Shown here: one piece after another, positions 17,545-28,037 of the stretch
Position numbering within the stretch: position 1 is the stretch's first letter
Layout: each line of letters starts with the position of its first letter
NCBI GenBank assembly: GCA_041393415.1
Contig: JAWKKE010000001.1
Span: forward strand, 778,363-842,362
Reading direction: 5' to 3'
Length of the DNA: 64,000 nt
Source: Thermoleophilia bacterium
GTDB taxonomy: Bacteria > Actinomycetota > Thermoleophilia > UBA2241
Translations under genes and position numbers: made by a program
The notes under the pieces: generated by a model
What the model was told of the DNA's origin: nothing
The model's database searches: none
Seen by the model: the letters and a program-made list of their open reading frames with translations, nothing else

Positions 17545-17670
17545 TTTAGGAAACCTGTGCTCTATCCACTGAGCTACGAGGGCAAAGTGCCTATTTGCAG
17601 GGCTTTCTCTCCGCGACGACTCGCCACAGGATACCACGAGTTGGCAATTCCCTGCTGAAGCTGCCGGCGG
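17545..17670. repeat. direct repeat copy B: partial tRNA-Arg (5' half, nt 1-39) 46-nt perfect core plus diverged upstream flank
   Basis: 17545-17590 is identical to 12169-12214. The tRNA match breaks off after the anticodon loop (cccttttagg vs accaggtttagg). Confidence 0.8.
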
Positions 17671-17799
17671 CGCGAGAGGCACCTCGGCCAGGAACCCACT
17701 CACTCCCCGCTCACGACGCGGTCGCTGATCCCAGAGCAGCGCGGCGACGGTCCGCTGCTCACTCTCCTGATTGACCCAGGCTTGTCGTACCATGGGCTC

Positions 17800-19071
<1,272 letters not shown>

Positions 19072-19146
19072 CTACTTCGATAGATTCGGTGTGACTCAGG
19101 CGCTCGCCGGGTCGGTGTCACGACGTCGACCAGAGAGAGGTGCACG

Positions 19147-20634
19147 ATGCCCGCTGGCAAGCCCAACATCCTCGTCCTGTGGGGAGACGACATCGGCCTC
19201 TGGAACCTCAGCTGCAACAACCGCGGCATGATGGGCTACCAGACTCCAAACATCGACCGCCTCGCCCACGAGGGCATCGGCTTCACCGACTTCTACGGCC
19301 AGCAGAGCTGCACCGCCGGCCGCGCCGCCTTCATCACCGGTCAGAACCCGCTGCGCACGGGACTCACCAAGGTCGGTCTGCCCGGCGCCGACTTCGGCAT
19401 CCGCCCCGAGGACCCGACAATCGCTGAGCTGCTCAAACCGCTAGGCTACGCGACCGCGCAGTTCGGCAAGAACCATATCGGCGACCGGGACGAGCACCTG
19501 CCCACCAACCATGGCTTCGACGAGTTCTTCGGCAACCTCTACCACCTGAACGCTGAGGAGGAGCCGGAGCATGAGGACTACCCGAAGGACCCGGACTTCA
19601 AGAAGCGCTTCGGGCCGCGCGGTGTGATCCACAGCTGGGCGCGGCCGGACGGCACGCAGAAGATCGAGGACACGGGTCCTCTGACGCGCAAGCGCATGGA
19701 GACAATCGACGACGAGGTCACGGCGCGCACCCTCGAGTACCTCGACGAGGTCACGCAGGAGGACAAACCCTTCTTCATCTGGTGGAACTCGACGCGCATG
19801 CACTTCCGCACGCACGTGAAGCCGGAGAACCGGGGCATCAGCGGGCAGGGCGAGTACAACGACGGCATGGTCGAGCACGACCGCCACGTCGGCATGATCC
19901 TCGACAAGCTCGACGAGCTCGGCATCGCCGAGGACACGATCGTCATGTACTCGACCGACAACGGCCCCCACTACAACTCCTGGCCGGACGCAGCGATCAC
20001 ACCTTTCCGCTCGGAGAAGAACAGCAACTGGGAAGGTGCCTACCGAGTGCCGGCTTTCCTGCGTTGGCCGGCGAAGTGGCAGAGCGGGGTGACGCTCAAC
20101 GGTATCGTCGCCCATCAGGACATGCTGACGACCTTCCTCGCAGCAGCCGGCGAGCCGGACGTGGCCGCCAAGTGCCGCGCCGGTCATGATGCCGCCGGCA
20201 AGACGTTCAAGGTCATCCTCGACGGGAAGGACATGAACGCCTACTTCGCCGGCGAAACAGAGGACAGCCCGCGCGAGTCGTTCTTCTACGTCAACGACGA
20301 TGCCGAGCTCGTCGCCCTGCGCCACGGCGACTGGAAGTTCGTGTTCAAGGAGCAACGGGCGCACCAGCTCGCACTCTGGCTCGAGCCCTTCGTCGAACTG
20401 CGCGGCCCGAAGATCGTGAACCTGCGCCGCGACCCCTTCGAGCGCGCGCTTACCGATTCCAACACCTACTACGACTGGATGATCGACCGCATCTTCATGG
20501 TCGTTCCGGCACAGGCGCTGGTCGCTCGGACGATCGAGGAGTTCAGAGAGTTCCCGCCGCGCCAGAAGCCCGCATCATTCAGCCTCGACCGTGCACTCGA
20601 AAAGCTCCAGGAGTTCACCGGCAGCCAGAGCTGA
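19147..20634 (+). CDS. arylsulfatase-family sulfatase (Cys-type, variant C-T-A-G-R active-site pentapeptide)
   Basis: LVLWGDDIG...QQSCTAGRAAFITGQNP sulfatase signature region. Adjacent to the cognate maturase. Confidence 0.8.
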   Translation: MPAGKPNILVLWGDDIGLWNLSCNNRGMMGYQTPNIDRLAHEGIGFTDFYGQQSCTAGRAAFITGQNPLRTGLTKVGLPGADFGIRPEDPTIAELLKPLGYATAQFGKNHIGDRDEHLPTNHGFDEFFGNLYHLNAEEEPEHEDYPKDPDFKKRFGPRGVIHSWARPDGTQKIEDTGPLTRKRMETIDDEVTARTLEYLDEVTQEDKPFFIWWNSTRMHFRTHVKPENRGISGQGEYNDGMVEHDRHVGMILDKLDELGIAEDTIVMYSTDNGPHYNSWPDAAITPFRSEKNSNWEGAYRVPAFLRWPAKWQSGVTLNGIVAHQDMLTTFLAAAGEPDVAAKCRAGHDAAGKTFKVILDGKDMNAYFAGETEDSPRESFFYVNDDAELVALRHGDWKFVFKEQRAHQLALWLEPFVELRGPKIVNLRRDPFERALTDSNTYYDWMIDRIFMVVPAQALVARTIEEFREFPPRQKPASFSLDRALEKLQEFTGSQS

Positions 20635-20693
20635 GCCGCCCGTCTGGACTGGCGAGGCGAAGGCGAAGGCGAGCAGCACGATCGCGACACCCA

Positions 20694-21434
20694 ATGAGTG
20701 GCGCGAACAACCAAGAGATCGGCATGAGAAGGTCAGAGCGCCGACAACTGAGAGCCGCGCGTGCCGAGCGGCGGGCCGCAACGCCTCTCGCTGGCGCCGT
20801 CGCCGGCATCCTTTTCGCGCTCCTGTTCTCCCTGAGCGTCGCACTCCTCGAATCGAGCATGAGCGACCTGCCGCACGACACCGGCTCATGGCTGGCCACC
20901 AGCGTCGGACGCCTCAAGCTGGCGATCGCGCTCATACCCTTCGCGGGGCTGTTCTTCCTATGGTTCATCGCCGTGGCGCGAGAGAGACTGGGTCGGTTCG
21001 AAGATCAGTTCTTCGCGACCGTCTTTCTGGGCAGCGGTCTGCTGTTCTTGGCAATGATCTTCGCTGCGGCCGCCGCGGCGGGAGCGATTGCAGCCACCTA
21101 TGCAAGCGCTCCTTCCTCCTTCTCGACCAGCATCACGTACATCTACGCACGTCACATGGTCGCGCAGATCTTCAACGTCTATGCGCTCCGGATGGCAGCG
21201 GTCTTCCTCATCTCCCAAGCCACACTATGGCTACGAACCGGTGTAATGCCGCGATGGATGGCATTGCCGACCTACGGCGTGGCACTGGTCCTGCTGTTCG
21301 TCGTCTCGCAATCGACTTGGGTCGTGCTGATCTTCCCGGCCTGGGTCTTGGTTGTCAGCGTGTACATCCTCGTCGTGAATCTCACTCAGGCCGACGCAAC
21401 GCGCCTCGAGGAAGAGGAAGACAAAGCCCCGTGA
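20694..21434 (+). CDS. hypothetical integral membrane protein (246 aa, ~6 TM)
   Basis: Multiple hydrophobic helices; no motif recognised. Confidence 0.45.
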   Translation: MSGANNQEIGMRRSERRQLRAARAERRAATPLAGAVAGILFALLFSLSVALLESSMSDLPHDTGSWLATSVGRLKLAIALIPFAGLFFLWFIAVARERLGRFEDQFFATVFLGSGLLFLAMIFAAAAAAGAIAATYASAPSSFSTSITYIYARHMVAQIFNVYALRMAAVFLISQATLWLRTGVMPRWMALPTYGVALVLLFVVSQSTWVVLIFPAWVLVVSVYILVVNLTQADATRLEEEEDKAP

Positions 21435-21484
21435 GGAGAGACTGTGTCCCCCCCTGACACCAGCATCGAGAACAGGAGAACGCG

Positions 21485-21829
21485 ATGAGCAACCAAGAGG
21501 CGGCGCCGGAGACCAAAGGTGTCACGGTGGAGTCACTGGCGACGGTCGACCTCGGCCCTGAGATAGAGGGCATGGCGGGACGCCAGCTGCGCATGCGCTT
21601 GGTAACGATCCAGCCCGGAGGCGTCTTCGGCCCGACTCATGACCACAAGGACAGACCGGGCATCGTCTACATCCTGCAAGGAACGATTACCGACCTCCGC
21701 GACGGCGTCGCCACGGACTATGGTCCGGGGGTTGGCTGGCCGGAGGACCGGAACACGACACACTGGCTCGAGAACAGGGGAACGATTCCGGCGCTGGAGA
21801 TCTCGGTCGACATCGTCAGACAAGAGTAG
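21485..21829 (+). CDS. cupin-domain protein (114 aa)
   Basis: AGGAGA RBS 8 nt upstream. IQPGGVFGPTHDHKDRPGIVYILQGT resembles cupin motif 1 (G-x5-H-x-H) with motif 2 downstream. Confidence 0.5.
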   Translation: MSNQEAAPETKGVTVESLATVDLGPEIEGMAGRQLRMRLVTIQPGGVFGPTHDHKDRPGIVYILQGTITDLRDGVATDYGPGVGWPEDRNTTHWLENRGTIPALEISVDIVRQE

Positions 21830-21886
21830 ACGCGCCACCGACGAGCAACCGATTCGACAATATGTGTGCGGCGATGAGAGCGGCCT

Positions 21887-22426
21887 CTACGACACCGCTC
21901 GACCCATCTCGAACGCCTCGTCCAACAGTGGGCTTCCTTCGACGTCGTGCTTCTCCCACAACCCTGTGCCGAAAAGGACGCCCTTCTCCTTCGCACCCTC
22001 GAGACACGAGGTAAAGCCCCGCAATCCCTCCAGCGTCGGCCCCAGACGATCCCGACTCTCCACAGCGGCCGTCAGGATGAAATAGAAGTCCTTGTTCGTG
22101 AGCCTCCGCCAACACGCGTAGGTTCGGTCAATCAGTGTCTTCATCTGGGCACTCATCGAATAGAAGTAGACGGGAGTCGCCAGCACGATCACGTCCGCAG
22201 CGAGCATGCGATCCAGGATGGCGGCCATTTCGTCTCTCTGGACACACACGCCCGTGTGCCGGCACCCATCGCACGCGCGGCAAGGCGCGATTTCCTCATC
22301 CCTCAGAACAACCTTCTCAACCTCGTGGCCAGCCTCCTGCGCGCCGGCGACGAAACGGCTGCATAGCTGATCCGAATTGCCCTCTCTCCGCGGGCTGGAC
22401 GAAAGTACGAGCACTCGCTTCTTCAT
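21887..22426 (-). CDS. flavodoxin-like fold NAD(P)H-dependent FMN reductase / iron-sulfur flavoprotein family
   Basis: MKKRVLVLSSSPRREGNS (FMN_red N-terminal signature), a Cys cluster CRACDGCRHTGVC, and VIVLATPVYFYS. Confidence 0.6.
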   Translation of the reverse strand: MKKRVLVLSSSPRREGNSDQLCSRFVAGAQEAGHEVEKVVLRDEEIAPCRACDGCRHTGVCVQRDEMAAILDRMLAADVIVLATPVYFYSMSAQMKTLIDRTYACWRRLTNKDFYFILTAAVESRDRLGPTLEGLRGFTSCLEGAKEKGVLFGTGLWEKHDVEGSPLLDEAFEMGRAVS

Positions 22427-22554
22427 GCCACTACGCCCTTCTCAAGGTGATTACTGTTCGCAGGACCGGCCTGAACGGAAAGCCAGCGGGGGCGGAGTCG
22501 CTCCCTTTCGACCCCGCCCCCGCTGTCGTGACCGATCCAGCGTCTGCGTTCGGC

Positions 22555-23784
22555 TCAGTCGAAGGTGTACGCCTCTTCGCCGAGCTCGCCCTTATCGAGC
22601 CCCATCCTCTCGAGCTCATCAGGCACGCGCACCTTCTCGAAGATGTTGATGCCTTTGAGAATCAGCCAGGTGACGATGAACGAGTAGGCGCCGATGATGA
22701 CCACAGCAAGAACCTGAACGCCGAAGAAGCGGGCGTTGCCGGCCAGCAGCCCGTCGGCCCCAGCAGCGTTGACCGCCGTCGTGGCGAAGACGCCCAGGAG
22801 AATGGAGCCCATGATGCCGCCCACGCCGTGCGCGGCCCAGACGTCGAGGGCGTCGTCCCACTGCATGTACTTCACGAAGCGGACGGCCAGGTAACAGACC
22901 GACCCCGCCAGGATACCGATGATGAACGCCGACCAGATGGGGATGTACCCGGCGCAAGGGGTAACGCAGGCCAGGCCGGCGACCGCCCCCGTAAAGGCGC
23001 CGATTAGGCTCGGGTGGCCGTCCACCTTCCAAGTAATGAAGAGCCAGGTGCACATCGCGATCGAGCCGGCGATATCGGTGTTCACGAAGGCCATTCCGGC
23101 GATGCCGTCGGCGGCCAAAGCAGAGCCGCCGTTGAAGCCGAACCAGCCAAACCACAGCAGCGCGGTGCCGAGGCCGACGAAGGCGATGTTGTGGGCAATG
23201 CCGCGCTCGCCTGGCGCGAAGTGCCGCCGGCCAACAACCCAGACAGAGGCCAACGCGGCCATGCCGGCGCTGACGTGGACGACCATGCCGCCAGCGAAAT
23301 CGAGCGCTCCCCACTTCGCCAGAAAGCCACCACCCCAGACCCAGTGGGTGAAGGGCACGTAGACGAGCAGGCTCCAGAGTGCCAAGAACTTCAGATAGCT
23401 CTTGAACTTGACCCGATCGGCGAAGGCCCCGGTTATGAGCGCCGGCGTAATGATGGCGAACATCTCCTGGTAGGTGAAGTGCGTCACCGCAGGAATGGTC
23501 GGCGCCCACGGCCCCGGCGCCTCGCCGACGCCCTTCAGAAAGGCCCAATCCAAGTTGCCGATGAGCCCGTGGAAGTTGTCTCCCGAGAACGAGAGCGAGT
23601 ACCCGACGGCAACCCAAATGAAGGTGACGACTCCCATGCTGATGAAGATCTGCATCATGATCGACAGGAAGTTTCTCCGTCGAACGAGGCCTCCGTAGAA
23701 GAACGCGAGGCCAGGAGTCATCAGTGCGACGAGCGCCGCACATATGAGGATGAACGCAGTATCCCCATGATTGATTTCGCCCAT
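22555..23784 (-). CDS. amt: ammonium transporter (Amt/MEP family)
   Basis: AFILICAALVALMTPGLAFFYGGLVRRRN, 11-TM architecture, and a conserved DFAGG-like motif (ALDFAGGMVVHVSAG). Confidence 0.85.
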   Translation of the reverse strand: MGEINHGDTAFILICAALVALMTPGLAFFYGGLVRRRNFLSIMMQIFISMGVVTFIWVAVGYSLSFSGDNFHGLIGNLDWAFLKGVGEAPGPWAPTIPAVTHFTYQEMFAIITPALITGAFADRVKFKSYLKFLALWSLLVYVPFTHWVWGGGFLAKWGALDFAGGMVVHVSAGMAALASVWVVGRRHFAPGERGIAHNIAFVGLGTALLWFGWFGFNGGSALAADGIAGMAFVNTDIAGSIAMCTWLFITWKVDGHPSLIGAFTGAVAGLACVTPCAGYIPIWSAFIIGILAGSVCYLAVRFVKYMQWDDALDVWAAHGVGGIMGSILLGVFATTAVNAAGADGLLAGNARFFGVQVLAVVIIGAYSFIVTWLILKGINIFEKVRVPDELERMGLDKGELGEEAYTFD

Positions 23785-24016
23785 GGCGAAAACCCCTCCT
23801 ATGTGTGTCCGATCTCAGGCTCGGCGCCCTCAAGGGAGTACGTCGGCGCGCCCCACCATCGCATCGAACGTTGATCGAGCCCGATGGGGATCCCCTCCAA
23901 CCATCGGCCCGCTTGAGAATCACCCTAGTCCTCTTGCGCCGTCTGTCACGATCACCGTGTAAACTACGGCAACATGCAACGCACGAGCGCGACCACGACG
24001 TGGCCTGAGGTGACAG

Positions 24017-24577
24017 ATGGAGAACGACCAGAACAAGCAGCAAGTGGTCAAGGAAGCGTGGCTGGGCAACCTTCCCGACGGCGAACAGATACATCCGGCC
24101 GCTGCGGCCGCCGCCGCCCGCATGCGCGCCCGCCTCTTCGACTCTGTCGCCGACACCTGGATCCATCGCGTCGAACTCAAGGAGGGCGGCAAGAGATACA
24201 GGCTCTGGGCCATCGGCAAGGCGCAATCGAAGAAGGAGTTCATTGCGCCGGCGGCCGACACGCGTCTCAACGCCATCGCCAAGCGCGCCCACACCGATGG
24301 CTGGGATCCCAAAGGCAACGAAGTCGATTTCCGGATATGGGAGCCTGTCACACTACAGAATCGCGTCATGGCCGGCGGCCCGTTCATCTACGGGACTCGC
24401 GCAGAGGCCGTCGAGGCGCTCGCCGAGCTTCTCTTCGAAGGGTCGGCCATCCTTCTCTCCAAGGAACGTGAGAACGGACGTCTGGACGAAGCTGTGCACG
24501 CGTGGATCGATTACATGCACAACCGCGTGGAGCAGCGGAGTTCGCGCTACGAGACCGTAGAAGACGACATGCTCTGA
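24017..24577 (+). CDS. hypothetical protein (186 aa)
   Basis: ORF with a GAGGTGA RBS-like sequence upstream; followed by a hairpin terminator. Confidence 0.4.
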   Translation: MENDQNKQQVVKEAWLGNLPDGEQIHPAAAAAAARMRARLFDSVADTWIHRVELKEGGKRYRLWAIGKAQSKKEFIAPAADTRLNAIAKRAHTDGWDPKGNEVDFRIWEPVTLQNRVMAGGPFIYGTRAEAVEALAELLFEGSAILLSKERENGRLDEAVHAWIDYMHNRVEQRSSRYETVEDDML

Positions 24578-24579
24578 GG

Positions 24580-24618
24580 AATAGGCGGGCGAGACGCCTG
24601 CCTATTCGCCTATTTTCT
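24580..24618 (+). terminator. putative rho-independent terminator (aataggcgggcgagacgcctgcctatt + tattttct)
   Basis: Imperfect GC-rich hairpin immediately after the stop at 24575-24577, followed by a T-rich run. Confidence 0.4.
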
Positions 24619-24909
24619 GGCTTTCAGCCTCATCCCAGCGGCAAGTCCGTCGATACCCTTACACGAGAGAGGGTGAGGGCAGACAAACGGCACAAGCCCG
24701 CAGGTGCGCGCGTTCGTGCACGCCCGCACAGAGCCGTCTGATCCTCGCGACCTAGGCGCACCACGACGTGTCGCCAACCGCCGCACTCTCACTCACGCCT
24801 CAACGTGTCGATGCGCACGGTCGCCGAGGCATGTACGGGCGCGTCCCGTGTTGAGAAACAGGACGCACGGCGGGAGCGGCGTACTTGCCGCAGAGTCAGG
24901 GAGGGACCA

Positions 24910-25296
24910 ATGGGACTGCAGTGCTGGATCGCGAACGAGCCGAACGAACCCCAAGGACTCTCCGCTCAGGATGTCGCGCCCTTCATCGAGTTACACCTAC
25001 CGCTATGCGACTGGAGCGTTCGCAGCGGCTCCGTGAGCTTCAGCGGCAAACGCTATCTCACCGTTGCCTACGAGGTGGCAGGCATCTCATTGGGCCGGCC
25101 GTGGATCAGCCCCGAAACAGTAGGCGACATGGCGACGCGATTCGCGCGTCTAGACCCCATAGAGACCGTCGAGGAACTCAACGCCACGGATATCGTGTAC
25201 GCCACCACACCGCTCTCCGTGGACGAGTACAACGCACTCCTGAGGCTCTTTCAGACATGCACGGCCGCAAGCCTCGGGATCTGCAGCGATTGGTAG
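24910..25296 (+). CDS. hypothetical protein (128 aa)
   Basis: ATG at 24910 preceded by GGGAGGGA; the longest ORF starts at 24805. Confidence 0.4.
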   Translation: MGLQCWIANEPNEPQGLSAQDVAPFIELHLPLCDWSVRSGSVSFSGKRYLTVAYEVAGISLGRPWISPETVGDMATRFARLDPIETVEELNATDIVYATTPLSVDEYNALLRLFQTCTAASLGICSDW

Positions 25297-25318
25297 ACGC
25301 TGCAGATGGATAAACCAC

Positions 25319-25392
25319 GAGGGGGACGGCACCCGCATCGTGTGCCGTCCCCCTCAATCGGTCTCTAAAGACCGCAACCCAGAAACTGGGGG
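25319..25392. terminator. cluster of three hairpins between convergent genes (gagggggacggcac...gtgccgtccccctc; ggtctctaaagacc; cccagaaactggg); likely bidirectional terminator
   Basis: 14-bp perfect inverted repeat read directly, plus two shorter ones. No clear U-tract. Confidence 0.4.
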
Positions 25393-25400
25393 TGCTCTTC

Positions 25401-25550
25401 TTACTTGCTCTTGCCGATCTTGAACATCTTCGTACCACAGTCAGGGCAAACACCCTGAGTCGCAGGCTTACCATTCTTCATGGTCACAGCCTGCTCATCC
25501 TTCATCACTTTCTTTGCGCGACACTTGACACAATAGGCCTCAGTCGCCAT
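25401..25550 (-). CDS. small zinc-ribbon protein (49 aa; CxxC...CxxC)
   Basis: MATEAYCVKCRAKK...GVCPDCGTKMFKIGKSK with an AAGGAG RBS 7 nt upstream; the longest ORF extends to 25658. Confidence 0.5.
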   Translation of the reverse strand: MATEAYCVKCRAKKVMKDEQAVTMKNGKPATQGVCPDCGTKMFKIGKSK

Positions 25551-25786
25551 ACGGAATCTCCTTTCGGACCTCGGGCCCTTACGCACGCAGGCCGGCAAGC
25601 TGTCTGCGTGCCGCCCCCACAACCGGGCGAGCATACTACTCGCCCTGCACGCACGCAACGAGCCTGGCGTTGCCGTTCTGCGCGACGGATCGATGGCGCG
25701 TTTGCTCGCCGCAACCGTCCTTGATAGAACGGGGCCATCGGCGAGGCGCCAGAAGACGCCCCGAAACCAGGCCTGAAAGGACGACT

Positions 25787-27115
25787 ATGCACAGCGAGCG
25801 CCAGGCCAGGATCGCCCAGCTCGTCAAGGACGAGCGAGTGAAGCACATTCAATTGTGGTTCACGGACATCCTCGGCAACCTCAAGATGGTCGAGATCCCC
25901 GAGCGCCAGCTCGCGAGCGTGCTCCAGAGCGGGGCTCCGTTCGACGGTTCCTCAATCACCGGATACGCCGAGATCGAGGAATCCGACATCGTGGCGATGC
26001 CGGATTGGGACACGTTCAAGCTCCTCCCCTGGTCGTCAGGCAACGAGAAGACCGCCTTCGTCTTCTGCGACATCCTCGGCCGAGATTTCGCGCCCTTCGA
26101 AGGAGATCCCCGCTGGGTGCTGCGGCGTCAGCTCGACCGAGCCGCGGCAATGGGGCTCGACTTCTACGTAGGACCGGAGCTGGAGTACTTCTACTTCAAG
26201 AGCCCGGACAAGCCCGAGGCCATCGACGAAGGTGGCTACTTCGACGTCCTCCCAGACGATCTCGGCAACGACTTGCGCAAGCAGACCATGCGCGCCCTGG
26301 ACAAGCTGGGCATCCCCATGGAGGCGTCACATCACGAGGTGGCTCCCTCGCAGCACGAAATCGATCCGCACTACGACAAGGCGCTGGTCATGGCCGACCG
26401 CGTCATGGTCACCAGGCTGATCGTGAAGGAGGTCGCTGCCCACAACGGCGTGCACGCGACTTTCATGCCCAAGCCCGTCTACGGGCACGCCGGAAGCGGC
26501 ATGCACGTTCATCAATCCCTTTTCAGGGGCAGCGACAACGCCTTCTTCAGCAACGACGACCCCAACCATCTCTCCGAGATCGCCCAGGGATTCATCGCGG
26601 GCCAGCTGCGTCACATGCGCGAGATCACCTCGGTCCTCAACCAGTACGTGAACAGCTTCAAGCGCCTGGTGCCTGGCTACGAGGCGCCCGTGTACATCAG
26701 CTGGGCGCACCGCAATCGCACGGCGCTCATCCGCGTGCCGCTCTACATCCAGGGCAAGGAGAGCACCGTGCGTGCTGAGGTTCGCAACCCCGACCCTGCG
26801 GCAAACCCATACCTTGCCTTTGCGGTTCTCCTCGCTGCCGGCCTCGAAGGCATCGAGAAGGGCTATGAGCTCCCGCCGTCGGTGGAACCGAACATCTACA
26901 AGATGAAGGCCGAGGAGCGCGACGCAATGGGGCTGGAGGCCTTGCCGAACAACCTCTACGAAGCGATTACCGCGACGAAGAACAGCGACCTGGTTCGGCG
27001 CGCACTCGGCGATCACTGCTTCGAGCGTTTCGTCACGAACAAGCTCAATGAGTGGTATGAGTACCGCGAATACGTCACCGACTACGAGATCAAGCGCTAC
27101 CTGCGCCAGCTCTAG
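25787..27115 (+). CDS. glnA: glutamine synthetase type I
   Basis: GS signatures: FDGSSI, KPVYGHAGSGMHVHQSL (ATP-binding region), NPYLAFAVLLAAGLEGI. ATG at 25787 after AAAGGA. Confidence 0.9.
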   Translation: MHSERQARIAQLVKDERVKHIQLWFTDILGNLKMVEIPERQLASVLQSGAPFDGSSITGYAEIEESDIVAMPDWDTFKLLPWSSGNEKTAFVFCDILGRDFAPFEGDPRWVLRRQLDRAAAMGLDFYVGPELEYFYFKSPDKPEAIDEGGYFDVLPDDLGNDLRKQTMRALDKLGIPMEASHHEVAPSQHEIDPHYDKALVMADRVMVTRLIVKEVAAHNGVHATFMPKPVYGHAGSGMHVHQSLFRGSDNAFFSNDDPNHLSEIAQGFIAGQLRHMREITSVLNQYVNSFKRLVPGYEAPVYISWAHRNRTALIRVPLYIQGKESTVRAEVRNPDPAANPYLAFAVLLAAGLEGIEKGYELPPSVEPNIYKMKAEERDAMGLEALPNNLYEAITATKNSDLVRRALGDHCFERFVTNKLNEWYEYREYVTDYEIKRYLRQL

Positions 27116-27198
27116 CGCACACGAGTCAGCGTGATGACTAGCAGGCCGGCAGCAGCGAAGCGAACCGTAGCGTTGCACTGCCGGCCTGCCCCCATTTC

Positions 27199-27954
27199 AT
27201 GGACTCAACCGCTCCGCTCCATATGAGTAATCGCGATCTCACGGCTCATCTAACCTCATGGATCCGCGCACAAGTCTCCCAGGCGGGAGCGAGCGGTGTG
27301 GTCTTTGGCGTTTCGGGAGGAGTCGATTCGGCCGTCACGGCAGCGCTTGCAGCACGCGCCTTCCCGGAGCAAGCACTCGCGGTGCTCATGCCGTGCCACA
27401 GCGACCCCCAGGACGCGATCGACGGAGCTCTCGTCGCAGAGCGCTTCGCCCTCGAGTACACGACCATCGACCTCGGCGCGACCTACGACACCCTGCTGGA
27501 GACCATTGCCGAGGCCAGTCCGGAAGCCGAAGCTAGCCGACTGGTGTTAGCCAACCTCAAACCGCGACTGCGAATGACCACCCTATACGCGCTCGCCAAC
27601 CAGCGCGGTTTCCTCGTGCTGGGCAGCAGCAACCGAACCGAGCTCGCAATAGGCTACTTCACGAAACACGGCGACAGCGGCGTCGACCTCCTCCCGCTCG
27701 GCAACCTCGTGAAGCACGAAGTCTGGGAGCTGGCGCGCGCCCTCGACGTCCCCGCGCGCATCATCGACAAGCCGCCGTCGGCAGGGCTGTGGGCAGGGCA
27801 GACCGACGAGGCCGACATGGGACTCACGTACGACGAGCTCGACGCCTTCCTGAACACCGGAGACGCCAACGACGACGTGCGCCTCAAGGTCGAAGCGCTG
27901 CACGCCGCAAGCGAGCACAAGCGTTCGCTGCCGCCGATGGCGCCACACGCCTGA
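27199..27954 (+). CDS. nadE: NH3-dependent NAD+ synthetase
   Basis: PP-loop SGGVDS (VVFGVSGGVDSAV), and NadE-like TKHGDSGVDLLPLG. Confidence 0.8.
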   Translation: MDSTAPLHMSNRDLTAHLTSWIRAQVSQAGASGVVFGVSGGVDSAVTAALAARAFPEQALAVLMPCHSDPQDAIDGALVAERFALEYTTIDLGATYDTLLETIAEASPEAEASRLVLANLKPRLRMTTLYALANQRGFLVLGSSNRTELAIGYFTKHGDSGVDLLPLGNLVKHEVWELARALDVPARIIDKPPSAGLWAGQTDEADMGLTYDELDAFLNTGDANDDVRLKVEALHAASEHKRSLPPMAPHA

Positions 27955-28037
27955 GCTGCGCTCACGCGGCACACTGAGCACACCGGCGTCGAATCCTTTG
28001 ATAGACTCTGACGCCCGTCTCGTCCGGAGGAGAAGTC

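Noticed and set aside
19441-20364. 307-aa ORF antisense to the sulfatase gene
   Set aside because: Antisense artefact opposite a gene with a clear sulfatase signature.
22619-24292. 557-aa ORF on the minus strand overlapping the ammonium transporter region
   Set aside because: Its Arg/Gly-rich low-complexity translation is typical of an out-of-frame read in high-GC DNA. The in-frame amt gene (22555-23784) has clear family motifs.
26327-27178. 283-aa ORF antisense to glnA
   Set aside because: It fully overlaps a strongly supported glutamine synthetase gene on the opposite strand and has no motif support; a high-GC antisense artefact.
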